A stretch of DNA of 32,000 nt from Candidatus Saccharimonadota bacterium (GCA_026002795.1 BPGA01000001.1:210001-242000), one strand, 5' to 3'; counted from the stretch's first letter, positions 16,664-25,564 are shown. Notes: generated from the sequence alone by a model not told the origin. Program-made: numbers and translations.

Positions 16664-19600
16664 TTAGCTGCAAATATCGCTGAAAAGTGAATTTATTTTA
16701 TTTCTATTTGATTGGCTTAAAACACTCTCAACATAGTACTTAGTTGCTTCTGTACACCCCCAACCATTATAACTTCTTAATGCAGCTTTCCATCCAGTGT
16801 ATTTTGTGTTAGTGCATGTAAATACTCTACCATCTTTATTTTGATTGTAGCTGTTAATCAAGATGTCAATAGCATAATTTACGTTTTCATTAAAGTCAAG
16901 CACATTTACATTTTGATGAGCTTTTCTATTTATTTGCATAATTCCGAAACTTTCCTCACCATTTAAATTTTTTATAACTTTTTCCTCGTTGTTGTTACAG
17001 TAAAGAGGGTTGTTATTTTCTTGAAAGCCTGAAATCCCTGTTGAAGTAAACTCACCACAGTGGAAGATATTGCTTTCTATATTAGCGACCATTAGTGTAA
17101 GACATTCAAAATTTTTAACACCTGTATCTTGTAAAACTTTTTCATCTGAAATTCCTTTTTGTGTTTTAGCTTCTTGCGCTAATTTTACTATTTCATAACC
17201 CAAAACTTTTTGACATTCCTCTCTTGTCGAGCATCTAAGTTGTGGTGTTTGGCTTGTTTGCTGTTCTTGATTTGGTGTACCTGGTTTTTGTGTTGTCTCT
17301 TGTTCTGTTGATGGAACATATACCTCAATTGGTTTTTCTCTTATTCCAAGTGTAAAGATTAACTTTATTCCTTCAAAAGAATTTTTTCCGTCTAACAAAC
17401 TTTTTTCTGATGAGAAGTTATGTATAGAAAACCAAACATTGTAATTAGATTTGTTTAAGGTAGATGCAGACCATTGCCATTCGCTTCCGTTGTACCTAAA
17501 ATAAAAAGGAAATCTATAATCTCTTGGAATTCCTGGTATAAGAGATTTTAAATCTTCAATACTTATTGCATTTGTTTCTTGGTTTATTTCTAATATACCA
17601 TCAGGATTATATCTTACATTATCTGTAGAAAGCTTAGCATCTTTTTTAATTAATCCAAAACTAACTCTGTTTAGAATTCCACCTTCATCATTAGTATTTG
17701 TTCTTTGAATTAACAATGAAAGGCCAGTATTGTAAGTTGATTGTGAAAGTTTTTTTATGAACTCTTTATCTTTGTTTGAAAGTTCTGGAATTAAGACTCT
17801 TTTTGTAATGTCTTCTCCTGTTGTTTTTCCTGCAAATTCTGCTAGTTTTGAATCATACCAATTTTTTCCGTCATTACAATCTTTAACACACCAATACCAA
17901 GAATTTGTCTCTTCTGAAAAAGCATAATTGATTCCTCCTGGCTCAAACTTAAGAATAGGATACTTATCTCCTAAATTGATTTTTTTAGTGGTTAATCCAG
18001 ATATTGCTTCTGTAGTTTCTGTAGTTGATGGTCTTTCTAATTTTCCTAATTGTTTTTCTCTTTCTTGTTGTTCTCTTATTTGCTGTTCTCTTTCTTGTTG
18101 TTCTCTTATTTTTTTGTAAGCATCTAATGCAATTTCAGAAAATGAATTTCCTCTTAACAATATCAACAAGCCTTTTTCATAACTAAAGAAAACTTTGTTT
18201 ATGTTGTTGTTTATTAAAGAAATTCTTTCTTGAGGAATTTTATCAGAAATTTCTCTAAGAAGATTTCTAAAATCTTTTTCGCTTAAATAGCCTTGCTCTT
18301 TTTTCAAAATTTCTAAAGAATTTTTATTTGTCTCTTCTAAAGTTTTTTGCTCGAGATTAACTGATTTTATAGCATTTTTTACACTTTCTGAATCAAGCCA
18401 GCATTTAATTTTTGGATCAGAACAATATCCGACTTCTTTCCATCTCGCATTTTCTGTACCTACAAATGGATCAGATCCTTTTCCAGGATTATCTGTTGCA
18501 CAAATTCTAATAATTCCTCTATTGTAAATAGCTGGATCAATTGATTCTGAAACTCCTTCTTGAACATTTGGATTTAAAGTTGGATTTATTAAAGGAAAGA
18601 CATTAGGTGTTCCTGAAACACACTCTCTTTCTGTTTTAATGTTAGTTTTTGAAGCTTGAGAAGAAATATATGCTTCTGTTATGTAATTTATGCCAAAATC
18701 AGAAGTAACTTGTTTAAATCCACATTCTTCTTTTCCATTAATAATAATACACATCTCATTATAGCCAGAAGGCGCTGTAAAGTCTACTGTCCTTGTTATG
18801 TAATCTCCTGCTTTTAATGAACCTCTCGCAATTGTTCTTATTGGATTGTCTTGATAAAAAGAGCCTGGTTTTCCTCTAAGATAAACTTCATAAAATGCAG
18901 GAAAATCTTTTCCAGCATAAATATGATAGAATACTTTATATTGTGAAACTGGAGGATTTGTTGCTGTGGTGAAAGGAATTTCTTCAAATCTTCCATAAAA
19001 TTGTGGTGGTGAATCAGGAGCTGTTAACAAATCAATAAACTTTCCATCTCCTGGATAACTAAATGAAAATGCTTTTTTACAAATAGCACTTCCTACCTCT
19101 TGTGTAGAACGTGATTTGAAAGCTTTAAACGAATCCTCTGCATAATACTGTGTGAAAAATGTTACTGAATCTGAAACTTTTTGGAAAGCATCTTGCACAG
19201 AAAGATACTCTCCTCCGCCTTTTGAAGATCCACTTAAAGCAGAACCTATTGCTTGAGGAACAATATAATTTATTAAAGGAGTTGCTTGTCTCCAGCCAAA
19301 TTCACATAAATAAATAGAATATATTTCATCACATATTCCAACTGTTTTCCCTTTTTCAAGACTTTCTTCTAAACAACTTTTATAAGAATCAAGAACAGTA
19401 TTAAAAGAATCAAGTCCTGCATGAACTCCTGTAAGGCAAATTGGAATCTTAACTTCTGGGAAATTTGGAAGGCAAAGGAAAATGCTTCCAAAAATTCCTG
19501 ATTGAACAACATTTTCTACAGGATATTTTCCTCCTAAATCACATCTTGAACTTGGACATACAAAAGGATCGCAAACATTGAAAAGCAAATTACACTCTTT

Positions 19601-22600
19601 TGGAGACATAATGTCTTGACATTGAATTCCTGGTACAGATGTTGCTGGTGCTCCAACACTAACAATTTGACCGAAAACTCTAACCCTATCGACCCCCGGT
19701 TTGTATTGTTTTGAAACTTCTGCAATAGCTTGAATTGCTTGTGTTGTTTTTCTTGCTGCTTCGTCTGAACTTAATCCTGGAAACTGGTTGTATGGCTGGC
19801 CTGTTGCAAGATTTATTAATTGACAAATATCGTCTCCACCAGTGTTTTCCTCAAGACCATTGCTTCCTACATTGCATAGCCAAAAACTTGAAACTCTACC
19901 AGATTCGTCATAAGCTCTTATATTTGAAGCTATTGGTAGAGTTGATTTAATTGAAGCATACCAACCATTAACTAGATCAAAAGGAACAATTGCGGGCAAT
20001 CCTTTGTAAGGATCTCTTTCATAATACCTAACTTTAGGATTAAGATACTGGTTTTTATATTGAGAAGGATCTATTGCACTAACAACAAATCTTTCTTTTA
20101 TTCTGTTTTTTACAACGTTATCTTCAATTTTTTTGCCTGATAAAGAATAAACTTCTGAAACAATGTATTTTCCAGAAGAAATTTCTTCTAAACCCAAAAC
20201 ATATTGATTACCAAGATAAGAAACAATCATAGATGGTGTTCCTGCAGGAATATCTCCAATTGCTTGTGTTGTTTTTCCTTTGTTGTAAAATACTTCAATA
20301 GAGTTTTCAGAAGGGACAATTGTTGTTTGAAGTCCTTTCAATTCTTGAGGAAGCTTTTCTGACAATCTTGTCACCTCTAAATAATTTTTTGACTCTAACC
20401 AAACATCTGATAGTGTAGCTTCAATTTGTTTTTTTGCTCTTTCTCTAATTTCCGGATTTTCAGAGTTTAATAGCCTTGAATTAAGTTGTAATTCTTTCGC
20501 TTGTGAAATTGAAATGGTGTTTGGATTTATTGAAGAGACAATTTCTGAAATTGGGATATCTTTATTTTCTATGTTTATTGTTCCTTGTTGGAAATTTTGC
20601 TCAAGATTTTTTTGTAATTCATTTTTAAAATCATTATCTATATAGTCTTCTTTAAAGGCAGTAGTATTTATTATGTCCTCTCCTAAAAACCCGTCTTTTA
20701 TTTTATGAAGAGATTGTATTTTCTTTATTTCTTCGTTTTGAGTAGAAATTGCTTTAGAGTATTCTTCAACTTCTTTTTCTATTGTATCAGAATTCTCCAA
20801 AAGGCAACTGTCAACATTTCTATATTTTCCTAAACTAACTTCTCTTTCACAAATTTCAAACCATCCACCGCTGTCTCTCATGACTTTTTGTCTAGCAACT
20901 CCTTCACCACCTAGATTAGAAATAAAGTTTTTAAAAGTCAAAACACTGCCTGTAGCAAGACAAGCTGTTTTTCCAATTCTAACAACATCCTCAAGTTTAG
21001 AATTAATATTTTGTAGTTTGTTTATTGTATTATTTAAGCTCTCAATCTTTTCTTTAGTTTTTTCTGGGGTTAATTTTATGGCTCTTTTTTCAATTCCTAT
21101 TTTAAATGAAAATGTTGCGTTTGTTTGTGCATAATCTATTTTTGGATTTATTGAAACTTTTGCAAATTTCTTTAAATTTATTTTTTGAAGAGTGAATATG
21201 TAATTACTATCAAAAGAATCTGGAGTATTGATTACTAAAGTTTTTGTATCATCTATAAATTCCTTAATTTCTCCTTTTATTGATTTTTTAAGGTTTAATC
21301 TTACTTTAGCTGAATTTTCGTCAAGATCAAGAAGCTGAATTGTTTCTTCTGTTTCTGGATTTATTGATTTAATTTCGTTTTTTCTTAAACTTAATGTTCC
21401 AAGAACCTCTCCTGTTGTTTTATTTCTAACTAAAATTTCTGCTCCAAACTCATTAAATGTTGGGGTTATAATCCTATCTAATGAAATTCTATGGATTTTT
21501 CCGTTTATAATAACCTCTGCAACTTCTTTATCAGTATTTGCAAGGAGAGAATTATCATCACAAATTTTAGGTTTTATTGAGTTTGGAAAGGTTTCTTTAA
21601 GCCTTTCACACTCTTCAAGAGCTGTTCTTTTTTGGCCTAAAGAATTTAAAAATTCTATTTTAGCTGATAATGTTTTCTCTCCTAAAGTTGCCTCTCTAGA
21701 AGCATCATTAATATCTTTTTCATTTGAAAAGCTGTTTATAATTTCATCATAATCTTTTAAAGCATTTTTATAGCTATCTTCAAATTTTTTATCATTTAAA
21801 TAAAGATCTAAATTCTCATCCTGGGGTCCTGAAAAACCAATAAATTTTATTTTTTTTCCTCCATTTTCAACAAACTTCTCAGTAATTTCTTGAGTAGACA
21901 AAGGTTCAAAAGACTGGTCCTCTATTATGTGCCTTAAAAAATTTTCAGTTCTACTTAATCCAAACTTTAATACAGATGAAACAAGCGAACCTAAATTTTT
22001 TATTTCTCCAGGAGTATATCTTCCAAAAAATGAATTAAATGAGTCTAAATCCTGATCTGAAAGTTTTTCTGTTGATGATCTAAGAGCTGCTACAATAACC
22101 ATTAAATCTTCTTTATTTTCATTTTGATTCACATAAACAAGATAAACTGATCTACCATCATTTAATGAATAAAGTTTATCTCCTAAACTATAACTTTTAC
22201 TCTCGCCATCAATTTCAAGTTCTATTTTTGGATTTATTGACAAAATGAATGTTTTTGCTCCATCATCTTCTCTACAAGAAATTTTTACTTTTTGAACAAT
22301 CCCTTTTTTATCTAAATCTAAAATCCTACACCTGTTATCTAAAAAAGAAGCTCCTTCTTTTAATTCAAAAGAATTTCCATCTACATTTAACAAAGCTCTT
22401 TCGTCAGGGGATGTTATATCTTCTAGTTTTAAAGAAAGAGTGCCTAAACAATAATTAAAACCAGGAAGATAAATTTGATGAGATTCTTTATTTTTTTCTA
22501 AATCAAGATTTACTTTTGCTATTATTCTTTTTTCTCCAGATTTTCCAATTTTATATGCTTCTCTGTCTGAATAAACAGAAATTGTTGCGCTCTTATCGTC

Positions 22601-23284
22601 TATACTTTCAGCCCTTAGGTATCCTCTTCCATCCCAAAAAGAATATTTTACAAAATTTTGATCCCATTCTGATTGAGACATTTCAGGAAGATAAAAAACA
22701 GCTCTACCAACCCCAAAGGCATTTTCTATATCATAAGTTATTCTTGCTGTCAAATTTCCCTCAACAAAATCAGGCATTTTTGATTCGTTTGGTTGTCTTT
22801 TTAGAACAATAATAGCATATCCTAAATTGTTGAATACTGGAGAGTCTATTCTTTTTTCTGGTTTTGCAAGAGCTGCTCTAGCTGGTTGATAACCAACTCC
22901 TACAACTTCTGGAGGAACTCTTCCAGAAAGTGATATGTGTTTTATAGATTCTATTTCAATTAATGGATTTAATTGTGTTGCAACAATTGGACAAAAAACA
23001 GGAACATTTTGCTCTTCCAAAAGATCGCTTCTTACAACAGCAGGAATACAACCAGAGGGAGAAACCTGCAATAAGAAGTCCTGGCCAGCGCCACACATTT
23101 CTTTGTTAAATAATGGAAAATCTACTTTACCGAATTCTGATCTTATTGTTGGATTTTGAGTATAAGCGCTAAAGCTTCTTGCATATTGTGCTGAAAGAGT
23201 AGCTGTAAAAATTATTATAGAAAGTATGGAGACAATTAAAATAAATATTTTTTCTATAACTTTTTTCTTATTTTTGATTTTCAT
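16664..23284 (-). CDS. Giant (2206 aa) secreted protein with a C-terminal lytic transglycosylase / lysozyme-like (SLT-type) domain
   Basis: Uninterrupted 6.6-kb ORF with an N-terminal signal (IFILIVSILSIIIFTATLSAQ). The middle is long, K/E-rich and in part coiled-coil-like. A Cys-rich hydrophobic module lies at nt ~19195-19640. A Q/T/P linker precedes the last ~190 aa. That final region contains ANIES ... FGIMQI ... LDFNENVNYAIDIL ... RSYNGWG, matching the four conserved blocks of SLT domains. Confidence 0.85.
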   Translation of the reverse strand: MKIKNKKKVIEKIFILIVSILSIIIFTATLSAQYARSFSAYTQNPTIRSEFGKVDFPLFNKEMCGAGQDFLLQVSPSGCIPAVVRSDLLEEQNVPVFCPIVATQLNPLIEIESIKHISLSGRVPPEVVGVGYQPARAALAKPEKRIDSPVFNNLGYAIIVLKRQPNESKMPDFVEGNLTARITYDIENAFGVGRAVFYLPEMSQSEWDQNFVKYSFWDGRGYLRAESIDDKSATISVYSDREAYKIGKSGEKRIIAKVNLDLEKNKESHQIYLPGFNYCLGTLSLKLEDITSPDERALLNVDGNSFELKEGASFLDNRCRILDLDKKGIVQKVKISCREDDGAKTFILSINPKIELEIDGESKSYSLGDKLYSLNDGRSVYLVYVNQNENKEDLMVIVAALRSSTEKLSDQDLDSFNSFFGRYTPGEIKNLGSLVSSVLKFGLSRTENFLRHIIEDQSFEPLSTQEITEKFVENGGKKIKFIGFSGPQDENLDLYLNDKKFEDSYKNALKDYDEIINSFSNEKDINDASREATLGEKTLSAKIEFLNSLGQKRTALEECERLKETFPNSIKPKICDDNSLLANTDKEVAEVIINGKIHRISLDRIITPTFNEFGAEILVRNKTTGEVLGTLSLRKNEIKSINPETEETIQLLDLDENSAKVRLNLKKSIKGEIKEFIDDTKTLVINTPDSFDSNYIFTLQKINLKKFAKVSINPKIDYAQTNATFSFKIGIEKRAIKLTPEKTKEKIESLNNTINKLQNINSKLEDVVRIGKTACLATGSVLTFKNFISNLGGEGVARQKVMRDSGGWFEICEREVSLGKYRNVDSCLLENSDTIEKEVEEYSKAISTQNEEIKKIQSLHKIKDGFLGEDIINTTAFKEDYIDNDFKNELQKNLEQNFQQGTINIENKDIPISEIVSSINPNTISISQAKELQLNSRLLNSENPEIRERAKKQIEATLSDVWLESKNYLEVTRLSEKLPQELKGLQTTIVPSENSIEVFYNKGKTTQAIGDIPAGTPSMIVSYLGNQYVLGLEEISSGKYIVSEVYSLSGKKIEDNVVKNRIKERFVVSAIDPSQYKNQYLNPKVRYYERDPYKGLPAIVPFDLVNGWYASIKSTLPIASNIRAYDESGRVSSFWLCNVGSNGLEENTGGDDICQLINLATGQPYNQFPGLSSDEAARKTTQAIQAIAEVSKQYKPGVDRVRVFGQIVSVGAPATSVPGIQCQDIMSPKECNLLFNVCDPFVCPSSRCDLGGKYPVENVVQSGIFGSIFLCLPNFPEVKIPICLTGVHAGLDSFNTVLDSYKSCLEESLEKGKTVGICDEIYSIYLCEFGWRQATPLINYIVPQAIGSALSGSSKGGGEYLSVQDAFQKVSDSVTFFTQYYAEDSFKAFKSRSTQEVGSAICKKAFSFSYPGDGKFIDLLTAPDSPPQFYGRFEEIPFTTATNPPVSQYKVFYHIYAGKDFPAFYEVYLRGKPGSFYQDNPIRTIARGSLKAGDYITRTVDFTAPSGYNEMCIIINGKEECGFKQVTSDFGINYITEAYISSQASKTNIKTERECVSGTPNVFPLINPTLNPNVQEGVSESIDPAIYNRGIIRICATDNPGKGSDPFVGTENARWKEVGYCSDPKIKCWLDSESVKNAIKSVNLEQKTLEETNKNSLEILKKEQGYLSEKDFRNLLREISDKIPQERISLINNNINKVFFSYEKGLLILLRGNSFSEIALDAYKKIREQQEREQQIREQQEREKQLGKLERPSTTETTEAISGLTTKKINLGDKYPILKFEPGGINYAFSEETNSWYWCVKDCNDGKNWYDSKLAEFAGKTTGEDITKRVLIPELSNKDKEFIKKLSQSTYNTGLSLLIQRTNTNDEGGILNRVSFGLIKKDAKLSTDNVRYNPDGILEINQETNAISIEDLKSLIPGIPRDYRFPFYFRYNGSEWQWSASTLNKSNYNVWFSIHNFSSEKSLLDGKNSFEGIKLIFTLGIREKPIEVYVPSTEQETTQKPGTPNQEQQTSQTPQLRCSTREECQKVLGYEIVKLAQEAKTQKGISDEKVLQDTGVKNFECLTLMVANIESNIFHCGEFTSTGISGFQENNNPLYCNNNEEKVIKNLNGEESFGIMQINRKAHQNVNVLDFNENVNYAIDILINSYNQNKDGRVFTCTNTKYTGWKAALRSYNGWGCTEATKYYVESVLSQSNRNKINSLFSDICS
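18056..18110 (-). repeat. Perfect 25-nt direct repeat with 30-nt period (imperfect 15-nt sub-period x4) encoding REQQEREQQIREQQEREKQ
   Basis: The + strand sequence ttctctttcttgttgttctcttatt occurs at 18056-18080 and again at 18086-18110, with the spacer tgctg between the copies. The repeat is in frame inside the 2206-aa CDS. Confidence 0.9.
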
Positions 23285-23297
23285 TTTATGTAAATAC

Positions 23298-25145
23298 TCA
23301 TTTAAAATTTATATCTAGGTTTGTTGTATCTAATAAATCATAATTTTCTTGTAACTGTTCAAGTGATTCTGGTTCTTGGAATGATTTAACATTAATTTCA
23401 ATGCTTTTTGAATTTATTAAATCGCTTTCTAAAATATATTGTTGTGTTTTTCCTCCTCCTGAAATAACATTTGTGATTAGTTGTTCAGGTATTTGAATAT
23501 CAAAACACCTCTCTTCTTTAGCTCCAAAAACCCCAAAAATTCCTGATCTTGGAACTTCTATACATTGTTGAGATATTGTATTGCCAAATTTTAAAGAAGA
23601 GTTTTTGTAAATAATAACTTGAATTTCGTAAGATCCCTCGCTAAGATCTATGTTTTTTTGTTCTGGATAAAACAATGATAAAGAGTTTTGATCTGAAATA
23701 AAGTTAATAACTGCATTTCCTGAATATCTTCTTCCATCTAAAAGAAGCTCTATATTTTTATTGTAAAGTTTTTCCATAATTATATCTACTTTTCCAGGCA
23801 GATTTGTTGAGAGAAGATATCTTGCTGTACTGTAGCCTGGTGCTTGAGCAACAACATAACCATTAATGCATTGCGGGAAGTTTTCTTTTAAATTTCCGTT
23901 ATCGGATGTTTCTCCAATAAAGCATCTATTTGATAGACATTCATATGATATGTTTGACTTAACTGGTATTCCTTCTTCATTAATTACTCTAACTTCGACT
24001 TCTGTGTTTTTGAATTGACAAACTTCTGGAACTGGTTGTTGGAATGCTGTAATATTTTTTTCTTCTCTTGGTTTATTATTTTCTATTATTACTGCAAATG
24101 GGAACTGAAAAATCTCTTGATCTTTTTGAACTTGAACCAAAACAGGATATTTTATGTTATAGACAAAATGATATGGAACATAACAAAAACCTAGAATCCC
24201 TAATCCTGGCTGATTTCCGATTGGTGTTGAAACCATTAAATTACCTTGAGTCGGATAAACTTCTAAATTATGCGGCCAATTTTTTGAAGTTAAAAAACTA
24301 ACTTTCTCTGAAATTCCAAAATCAACTGTAAAGTATTTTTCTTGTTTATTGTTAATAGAAATTATGTTATGCTCTAAAGAGTTTTGTATATTGTCAAAAA
24401 CCTCATCTGCATTCCAAATTAAAGGACTACAACTAAGCTCAAAACCATCTACAGGAGCGTAATTTGTTAAAACATCGATTGTATAATTTTCAAGAATTTT
24501 ATTTTCTTTTAGTTGATTATAAACTTTTAAAGAAGAATCATAAAGTTGGCCTAATTTGGAATTTATGGAGGTTTTGTGATTATTTATTATTACAGACGAA
24601 TTTTCTTTTTCAATGTTGAGATTTGTATTTAGATTTAATTCAACTTTATCATCTTTAATGTTAACTTTAACACTTGAGGGCTCATCTAAAGAAATTTCAA
24701 ATCCTTGATCATTATAAGTATTAAAATTACAATTTTTTATTGAGTCTTTAATGTAGTTGGAAATTTGTTCTTCAATTTGTTTTTTTGTTGGAACCTGTTC
24801 TCTATCAAAATTATTTCCTGACACATAATACCAATAAGGTATTGGATTTCCTAAAAAGTTTAGTTGTGATGAAAATGGCATATAATCAGATCCGGGTTCA
24901 AATTCTGGTAAGTAAATATAACCTCCTTGAGTTTCTGCAATGTTTATTGCTGTTGAAAGGTCTGTTTCTAAGCAAGTTAAAAAAGAAGAATAAACTGGTT
25001 GAAACTCAACAGGAACCTCTTGAATTGATATTTTTCCTCTTAAAAATACAAAAAGAACAATTGCAGCTAAAATCAACAAAGAGATTATAATGAATATTGT
25101 AATTTGGCCTTTTTTTGACACCTCTTTTTTGTTAAAAAACCTCAT
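23298..25145 (-). CDS. 615-aa secreted protein with a class III (archaeal type IV pilin-like) signal peptide; function unknown
   Basis: The N-terminus MRFFNKKEVSKKGQITIFIIISLLILAAIVLFVFL has a basic region, then K-G-Q-I-T-I, then a hydrophobic helix, which is the prepilin-peptidase-type pattern. The stop codon lies 13 nt upstream of the 2206-aa gene start, on the same strand. A CarboxypepD_reg-like stretch (VEVRVINEEGIPVKSNISYEC) is present. Confidence 0.75.
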   Translation of the reverse strand: MRFFNKKEVSKKGQITIFIIISLLILAAIVLFVFLRGKISIQEVPVEFQPVYSSFLTCLETDLSTAINIAETQGGYIYLPEFEPGSDYMPFSSQLNFLGNPIPYWYYVSGNNFDREQVPTKKQIEEQISNYIKDSIKNCNFNTYNDQGFEISLDEPSSVKVNIKDDKVELNLNTNLNIEKENSSVIINNHKTSINSKLGQLYDSSLKVYNQLKENKILENYTIDVLTNYAPVDGFELSCSPLIWNADEVFDNIQNSLEHNIISINNKQEKYFTVDFGISEKVSFLTSKNWPHNLEVYPTQGNLMVSTPIGNQPGLGILGFCYVPYHFVYNIKYPVLVQVQKDQEIFQFPFAVIIENNKPREEKNITAFQQPVPEVCQFKNTEVEVRVINEEGIPVKSNISYECLSNRCFIGETSDNGNLKENFPQCINGYVVAQAPGYSTARYLLSTNLPGKVDIIMEKLYNKNIELLLDGRRYSGNAVINFISDQNSLSLFYPEQKNIDLSEGSYEIQVIIYKNSSLKFGNTISQQCIEVPRSGIFGVFGAKEERCFDIQIPEQLITNVISGGGKTQQYILESDLINSKSIEINVKSFQEPESLEQLQENYDLLDTTNLDINFK

Positions 25146-25163
25146 TTAAAGAAAACAGCAACA

Positions 25164-25176
25164 ATATATATAAATT
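25164..25176 (-). promoter_or_regulatory. TATA-like box for the 615-aa/2206-aa transcription unit
   Basis: The minus strand reads AAATTTATATATA about 19-31 nt upstream of the ATG at 25145, consistent with a leaderless or near-leaderless archaeal transcript. No comparable box exists in the 13-nt gap before the 2206-aa gene. Confidence 0.4.
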
Positions 25177-25188
25177 TTATTAGAAAAT

Positions 25189-25389
25189 TTAATAATAAGA
25201 ATATCGAGTTGCTTTTAAAAAACTTATACCACCAACGATTATTAAGATTCCTCCAATAAAGATAATCCATGATTTTATAGTTTCTTTTAGTTGTGGAAGT
25301 TTGATAAAGTTTAAGGGATAGTTTAAAAAGTAAACTCCAAACAATAAGAATATTATAAATAAAATAGTTCTTGAAGAATTGCTCATCAT
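25189..25389 (-). CDS. Small two-TM membrane protein (66 aa), hypothetical
   Basis: The sequence contains ILFIIFLLFGVYFLNY and WIIFIGGILIIVGGISFL. It is on the same strand as, and directly upstream of, the 615-aa gene. It could also be a chance ORF. Confidence 0.45.
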   Translation of the reverse strand: MMSNSSRTILFIIFLLFGVYFLNYPLNFIKLPQLKETIKSWIIFIGGILIIVGGISFLKATRYSYY

Positions 25390-25455
25390 AAAAAAATTAA
25401 ACTTGGCATATATTTAAATATTTTTATTTATATTTTAGTAAAGTTTTTAAAATAG

Positions 25456-25527
25456 GCCCTGTAGTCCAATGGCTAAGACGCATCCTTGACGTGGATGAGA
25501 TCGCAGTTCGATTCTGCGCAGGGCCAT
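25456..25527 (+). tRNA. tRNA-Val (anticodon GAC)
   Basis: The sequence is GGCCCTGTAGTCCAATGGCTAAGACGCATCCTTGACGTGGATGAGATCGCAGTTCGATTCTGCGCAGGGCCA. The acceptor stem is GGCCCTG/CAGGGCC, the anticodon stem CATCC/GGATG with loop TTGACGT, and the T-arm CGCAG-TTCGATT-CTGCG. Confidence 0.9.
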
Positions 25528-25564
25528 CAACAAACTTTAAAAACTAGATTCAGCATTTTTTAAG

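Noticed and set aside
16664-23284. Phage tape-measure or virion-associated lysin interpretation of the 2206-aa SLT-bearing protein
   Set aside because: Tape-measure proteins can carry SLT domains, but this protein has an N-terminal secretion signal. Its only operon partner is a pilin-signal protein, and no capsid, portal, terminase or tail genes are nearby. I keep this only as a possible evolutionary origin of the domain.
15629-25090. Short ORFs overlapping tfb, the 2206-aa gene and the 615-aa gene (for example 15629-15823, 17928-18119, 19534-19950, 20880-21134, 22249-22812, 22935-23159, 24068-24301, 24785-25090)
   Set aside because: These are overlapping or antisense shadow ORFs with Leu/Phe/Lys-rich nonsense-like products. 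The long frames explain the region.
16536-25527. Idea that the tRNA-Leu ... tRNA-Val interval is an integrated genomic island or prophage
   Set aside because: The giant-gene locus lies on the 5' side of both tRNAs, whereas integrases target tRNA 3' ends. I saw no integrase, no partial tRNA direct repeat and no obvious compositional shift.
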